From an uncultured delta proteobacterium (GTDB lineage: Bacteria; Myxococcota; Myxococcia; Myxococcales; UBA5297): a stretch of 64,000 nucleotides of DNA. Positions 59,551 through 64,000 of the stretch are shown one piece after another. The stretch spans positions 153,063-217,062 of the forward strand of contig CAVYWD010000009.1 of the NCBI GenBank assembly GCA_963772225.1. The letters are read 5' to 3'. Within the stretch, counting starts at the first letter, position 1. Every line of letters starts with the position of its first letter. The notes beneath the pieces are model-generated. The model was given only the letters and a program-made list of their open reading frames with translations, made no database searches and had not been told where the DNA came from. Both the position numbers and the translations under genes were made by a program.

Positions 59551-59566
59551 CGGCATAAAGCTTGCT
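59551..59566 (+). promoter_or_regulatory. Sigma54 (-24/-12) promoter of the ATP-grasp gene
   Basis: CGGCAT-aaagc-TTGCT, ~50 nt upstream of the start. Confidence 0.6.
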
Positions 59567-59615
59567 AACATCGGCCGCGCCCGCCGTCGGGCGCTCGCGA
59601 TTGGGGTGACCTTTC

Positions 59616-60959
59616 ATGCCATGCCTACCAGGCGCCCTGCTCGCAGACGCCACGTGGTACGGGACCCTCGCGGCCGCGCGCGATTTGGGCTCGCGAGGGG
59701 TTCCGGTGACCCTGGCCAGCGACGCGCTGATGGCGCCCGCGCGCTGGTCCAGGCACGTCGCGAGGACGGTCCGCTGCCCCAGCCTTCGAGAGCCGGAGAA
59801 GTTCCGGGAATGGCTGCTCGACTTCGGCCGGCAGAACCCCGGCCACGTGCTCTACCCGACGAGCGACGAGCTCGCGTGGATGATCGCCCGACACCGCGAG
59901 GAGCTCTCTCGAGACTTCCGCCTCTATTCGCCGAGCCCCGAGTGCCTGGTCTCACTCCTGGACAAGGCCCAGCTCGCCTCCGGGGCCGCTGCCGCCGGCT
60001 TGGACTCCCCGGAGATTTGCTGCCCGTCGAACGACGACGAGGCCCTTCGCGACGCGGCGGAGCTGGGCTACCCGCTCTACATCAAGCCGCGCACGCAGGT
60101 CTCGCTCGCCGACTGGACCGATTCCCGGAAAGGCGCTCGGGTGGAGCGCCCGGAGGACTTCCTGGGCCTGTGGCGCACCGGCTGTGAGCGGCTGCGCTAC
60201 CCTGCGGGATCCGTCGGGGCTCTCGTCGGCGCTTTGCGACCCGCGCTTCAGGAGTACTACCCGACTTCCGAGCGCATCTTCACGGTCGACGGGTTCATCG
60301 ACGACTCGGGGAGCCTCTACGCCACTCTCAGTTGCGTGAAGCTCCTGCAGCGGCCCCGCGGGTCCGGCGCGGGCATTCTCTTCGAGGAAGCCCCTTCGGA
60401 TCCGGTGGTGGAGCAAGGCCTTCAGCGCCTCTTCCTGAGCACCGGCTATCGAGGGGTCTTCGACGCCGAATTCCTGGAGGACGGAGAGCGCAAGCTGCTC
60501 ATCGACGTCAACCCGCGCTTCTACAACCACATGGCCTTCGAGGTCGACCGCGGCCTGCCGCTGCCGTGGCTCGCCTACCTGGCGGCCCTCGGCGACGGCG
60601 ACGGGCTCAAGGCCGCGGTCGCCGACGCGCGCGCGGCGCGCCCCAGAAGGCGCTCTTATGTCCACCGCGTGCCGGCCGCCCTGATGCTCGGCCTCCAGAC
60701 GCTCCTGGGGACCATGGCGTCCGAAGAGCGCCGGCACTGGCGGCGCTGGCTCACGGTCGGAGCGAGCAACTTGACCGACCCGGCCTGGGCACCCGGGGAC
60801 GCGAGGCCCGCCGCAGCGGAGGTCTTCCTGGAGCTCACCGCGTTCCTGCGGCACCCGCGCTCCTACCTGCGCCACCTCGCGAAGCGGCCCGAGCCTGGTG
60901 GGGCGCGGGGAGGCGCGAGGCCCGCCAAGCGGAATCCGCGCAAGGCGGCGACGGGCTGA
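59616..60959 (+). CDS. ATP-grasp carboxylate-amine ligase-like protein
   Basis: YGTLAAARDLG, LYPTSD, LLDK, YPLYIKP, LQEY, GVFDAEF and LIDVNPRF. Confidence 0.85.
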   Translation: MPCLPGALLADATWYGTLAAARDLGSRGVPVTLASDALMAPARWSRHVARTVRCPSLREPEKFREWLLDFGRQNPGHVLYPTSDELAWMIARHREELSRDFRLYSPSPECLVSLLDKAQLASGAAAAGLDSPEICCPSNDDEALRDAAELGYPLYIKPRTQVSLADWTDSRKGARVERPEDFLGLWRTGCERLRYPAGSVGALVGALRPALQEYYPTSERIFTVDGFIDDSGSLYATLSCVKLLQRPRGSGAGILFEEAPSDPVVEQGLQRLFLSTGYRGVFDAEFLEDGERKLLIDVNPRFYNHMAFEVDRGLPLPWLAYLAALGDGDGLKAAVADARAARPRRRSYVHRVPAALMLGLQTLLGTMASEERRHWRRWLTVGASNLTDPAWAPGDARPAAAEVFLELTAFLRHPRSYLRHLAKRPEPGGARGGARPAKRNPRKAATG

Positions 60960-60991
60960 CGGGCGCGCTGGCTCGCTGCTCCTTCAGCCGG

Positions 60992-62626
60992 TCACTTCAC
61001 CTCGGCCAGGAAGACACCCTCGCGCTTGCGCTCGCCGACGACGTAGGCGATGCGCGTCCCCTCCGCGTTCGCGAAGACCGCGCCCGGCAGGACGTACTGG
61101 TCGACCCCCCGGGTCACCTTCCGGGTCTTCAAGTCCAAGAGGCCCAGGTCGGCCGCCTGGTGAGTGTCGAAGCGCGGGAAGGTCAGCAGGACGCGCTCGC
61201 CGCCGGGCGCCGGCGTGAAGCCGAGCACGCCCTCGGCCAGGCGCACCGCCTTCTGTGCCGGGTCGGTCGTGCTCACCGACATTAGGTCGCAGCGGCGCCC
61301 TTCGTCGGTGCAGCGCGAGCGGTACCAGAGCTCCCGGTCGCCGGGCGCGAACTGATAGCTGTACACCCACTTCTCGATCTCGCGCGGCGGCTCCTCCGAG
61401 TCGAGCGAGAGAAGCCAGAGCGCGATGTCGTCCTTGGCCACTTTGAGGTAGGCGAGGAACTTCACGCCCGCGCTGAAGGACATGTTGACGAAGCTCTTGG
61501 CCGCTCCGTCCAGCTTGAGCCGGACCTTGCCGCTCGGCACGGCGATGACCTTGAAGGTCGCCCAGGCCCGGCCGGACTTGTCCTCGTGGCTCTCGCGCAG
61601 AGCCACCCACTTCGAGTCCGGCGCCCAGCGGTAGTTGGCGACGTCGGTGCCCAGCTTCGACACCGGCCCGCCGGCGGCCGAGACCCGCTCGAGGTCCCCA
61701 AAGACCCGGTTCGGCGCGGTCCCGTCGACGAACACCAGCGACTGGCCGTCCGGCGAGAAGGTGAACATCGAGACGCCGCTCGCCCCCACCTGCAAAGGCG
61801 GCTTCCCGACCGCGCCCAAGAAGAGCGAGTACGGCCCCGAGAAGGCATTGGCGCGCGAGGTGAAAGCGAGCTTCTCGCCGTCGGCCGAGAAGGCATAGTC
61901 GCCCACGTTCTCCGCGAGCTTCCGGCCTTGAGGCGCCGTCGGCGGCTCGAAGAGAAGGAGCTCGCCGCTCTCGGTGGCGTGCCTTCGGACGAGCAACCTG
62001 CGGCCGTCGCGAGAAAACTCGAACGTCACCGCCGGAGAGGCGACCGGGTGGTCGCTCCCGTCGGCGAGCGACCAGAGGTGAACGGCCTCCCCTGCCACAT
62101 AGCCGAGGTACGCGCCGTCCGGGGAGAACTTGACGAAGGTGACGCCCTCCGCCAGGAGGCGCGGCTGGCCGCCCGGAGCCACTGGCGCCAGGTAGAGCGA
62201 CCCGCTCTGTCGCGAGAAATGGTAGCCCGCGGTGTAGGCGACGAATCGGCCGTCCGGGGAAAAACCAAAGCTGTCGCCGAGCGTCGTGACGCCCCCGCCC
62301 AGCGGCCGCGGCTCGCCGCCTTGAGCGCTCACCGCGGTGAGCACGCCCTGGAGCACGTCCTCCGGGACGCCCTTCTCCTGCGGCGGATGAACGTCCGCCA
62401 GGAAGAAGAGCGTCGAACCGTCCGGCGCGAGCGACAGGCCCCGGGCCGCAGTCTGCACGAGCGGCCGCCCCATGCCCTTCGGCTTGGGCGCCGCGCGCCT
62501 CTGGCATGCGGGGAGCGCGCCGGCGGCGAGCGCCGCGGCCAGGGCGAGCGCCAGAGCCCGGCCCGCGGGCCTCCGACGAGAGGGGCACAGAAGCGCGGGC
62601 TCGCGGTCGAAGCGGGGTGGGCTCAT
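60992..62626 (-). CDS. aglU: WD-repeat/beta-propeller lipoprotein, AglU-like
   Basis: Lipobox ALPAC; repeated FSPDG/FSRDG/FSADG/WAPDS blades. Overlaps the trmFO stop; aglU lies directly downstream of the gid homolog in Myxococcus xanthus. Confidence 0.7.
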   Translation of the reverse strand: MSPPRFDREPALLCPSRRRPAGRALALALAAALAAGALPACQRRAAPKPKGMGRPLVQTAARGLSLAPDGSTLFFLADVHPPQEKGVPEDVLQGVLTAVSAQGGEPRPLGGGVTTLGDSFGFSPDGRFVAYTAGYHFSRQSGSLYLAPVAPGGQPRLLAEGVTFVKFSPDGAYLGYVAGEAVHLWSLADGSDHPVASPAVTFEFSRDGRRLLVRRHATESGELLLFEPPTAPQGRKLAENVGDYAFSADGEKLAFTSRANAFSGPYSLFLGAVGKPPLQVGASGVSMFTFSPDGQSLVFVDGTAPNRVFGDLERVSAAGGPVSKLGTDVANYRWAPDSKWVALRESHEDKSGRAWATFKVIAVPSGKVRLKLDGAAKSFVNMSFSAGVKFLAYLKVAKDDIALWLLSLDSEEPPREIEKWVYSYQFAPGDRELWYRSRCTDEGRRCDLMSVSTTDPAQKAVRLAEGVLGFTPAPGGERVLLTFPRFDTHQAADLGLLDLKTRKVTRGVDQYVLPGAVFANAEGTRIAYVVGERKREGVFLAEVK

Positions 62627-63996
62627 GGCGTCTCTTCTCGCGCTCCTGCGGCGGTGGGGGCGGGAGGGGCGCGCAGCGCGAGCCCGCAGCCCGCGGCCCA
62701 GGCGCCGAGCGACGCGCGAGCGCGCGCCACCAGGTGTGCGCGCCGCTCGTTCTTCTTCACCTTCTCGCCGGGCGGCGGGAAGAGGGCAAAGGTGACGTTC
62801 GAGGGCTGGTACGGATGGCCCGGCGGGTGAGCGCCGCCGATGACGTGGCCGTAGAGCGCGCCGAGCGCCGTTTCTGCCGGGGGCCCGACGAACGGCTGGC
62901 CCGCGGCGCGCGCCGCGGCGCTCAGGCCCACCGTGAAGCCGCTCGCGGCCGACTCGACATAGCCCTCCACGCCGGTGATCTGCCCGGCGAAGAACAGGTC
63001 GGGCCGGGACTTGATCGACAGGTCCGGCGCGAGGAGGCGCGGGCTCTCGAGAAACGTGTTGCGGTGCACCTGGCCGAGCCGCAGGAACTCGGCGTTCGCC
63101 AAGCCGGGGAGCATCCGGAAGATGCGCCGCTGCTCGGGCCACGTGAGGCGGGTCTGGAAGCCGACCAGGTTGAAGCTCTGCTGGGCGGCGTCCTCGGCCC
63201 GCAGCTGCACCACGGCGTAGGGCCTGCGCCCGGTGCGCGGGTCGGTGAGGCCCACCGGCTTCATGGGCCCGAACGCCAGGCACTCCCGGCCGCGCTCGGC
63301 CATGACCTCGATGGGCAGGCAGCCCTCGAAGTAGCGGGGCTCCTCGAAGGCGCGCGCCTGCACCTTCTCGCCGGCGAGGAGCGCCGCGACGAACCCCTCG
63401 TACTCGGCCCGGTCGAGCGGGAGGTTCAGATAATCGCTGCCGCCGCCCTTCCCGTAGCGCGACGCGAAGAAGGCGATGCTCCGGTCGACGGAGTCGGCGG
63501 CGACAATGGGGGCGATGGCGTCGTAGAAGGCCAGGCGCTCGCCCGCGAGCGCGGCGATGGGCGCCGCCAGGGCATCGGAGGTCAAAGGCCCCGTGGCCAC
63601 GATGGAAAGCCCCTCGGGCAAGGCGTCGGCCTCCCGGCGCTCGAGCGTGATGTTCGGGTGCCCTTCGAGCGCCGCGCCCACCTTGGCGCTGAACCGCTGG
63701 CGGTCCACCGCCAGCGCGTCGCCGGCGGGCACGCGGGTCGCGTCGGCGCAGGCCAGGATGAGCGAGCCCATGCGCCGGAGCTCCTCGTGCAGCAAGCCCA
63801 CCGCGTTCTCGGGATTGTCGGAGCGCAGCGAGTTGGAGCAGACCAGCTCCGCAGGCCCGTCCAGGCCGTGAGCGGGCGAGCGCCGTGCGGGCTTCATTTC
63901 GACCAGCCGGACGGCGATGCCCCGCTCGGCCAATTGCCAGGCGGCCTCGCTGCCGGCCAGGCCCGCTCCGATGACCGTCACGCAGGCTTGTCGCAT
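62623..63996 (-). CDS. trmFO: FAD-dependent tRNA (uracil-54) methyltransferase (Gid/TrmFO)
   Basis: [49 protein letters not shown] and [11 protein letters not shown]. Confidence 0.96.
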   Translation of the reverse strand: MRQACVTVIGAGLAGSEAAWQLAERGIAVRLVEMKPARRSPAHGLDGPAELVCSNSLRSDNPENAVGLLHEELRRMGSLILACADATRVPAGDALAVDRQRFSAKVGAALEGHPNITLERREADALPEGLSIVATGPLTSDALAAPIAALAGERLAFYDAIAPIVAADSVDRSIAFFASRYGKGGGSDYLNLPLDRAEYEGFVAALLAGEKVQARAFEEPRYFEGCLPIEVMAERGRECLAFGPMKPVGLTDPRTGRRPYAVVQLRAEDAAQQSFNLVGFQTRLTWPEQRRIFRMLPGLANAEFLRLGQVHRNTFLESPRLLAPDLSIKSRPDLFFAGQITGVEGYVESAASGFTVGLSAAARAAGQPFVGPPAETALGALYGHVIGGAHPPGHPYQPSNVTFALFPPPGEKVKKNERRAHLVARARASLGAWAAGCGLALRAPPAPTAAGAREETP

Positions 63997-64000
63997 GGTT

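Overview
High-GC (about 70% by eye) chromosomal segment, most likely from a myxobacterium (Myxococcota). The evidence is a MYXO-CTERM-type metalloprotease, a DUF4388-type protein, and an aglU-like WD/beta-propeller lipoprotein directly downstream of gid/trmFO. Most of the window is housekeeping: acs x2, ppc, dut, pnp, rpsO, truB, DHH, rbfA, DUF503, nuoCD, pepA, pyrF, hslUV, xerC, trmFO, tRNA-Gln and tRNA-Glu. No CRISPR array, transposase, prophage or rRNA was seen. The most notable points are: (1) a cluster at 46.2-55.4 kb with a DnaK paralog, a J-domain/TPR protein, three proteins sharing a winged-helix-like motif, and an orphan FliG/SctK-like plus FliH/SctL-like pair with no other secretion genes; (2) extra copies of gene 3' ends directly behind ppc (three copies in total, one with a synonymous recoding) and hslU; (3) a REP-like hairpin present twice, once inside a MITE-like shell; (4) five decayed gene remnants, four of which keep only the 3' part; (5) several frameshifts at GATC sites, which may be base-calling errors at modified DNA; (6) a ribosomal protein S15 with a 7-residue insertion. 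All family calls come from motif recognition by eye; no database search was run.
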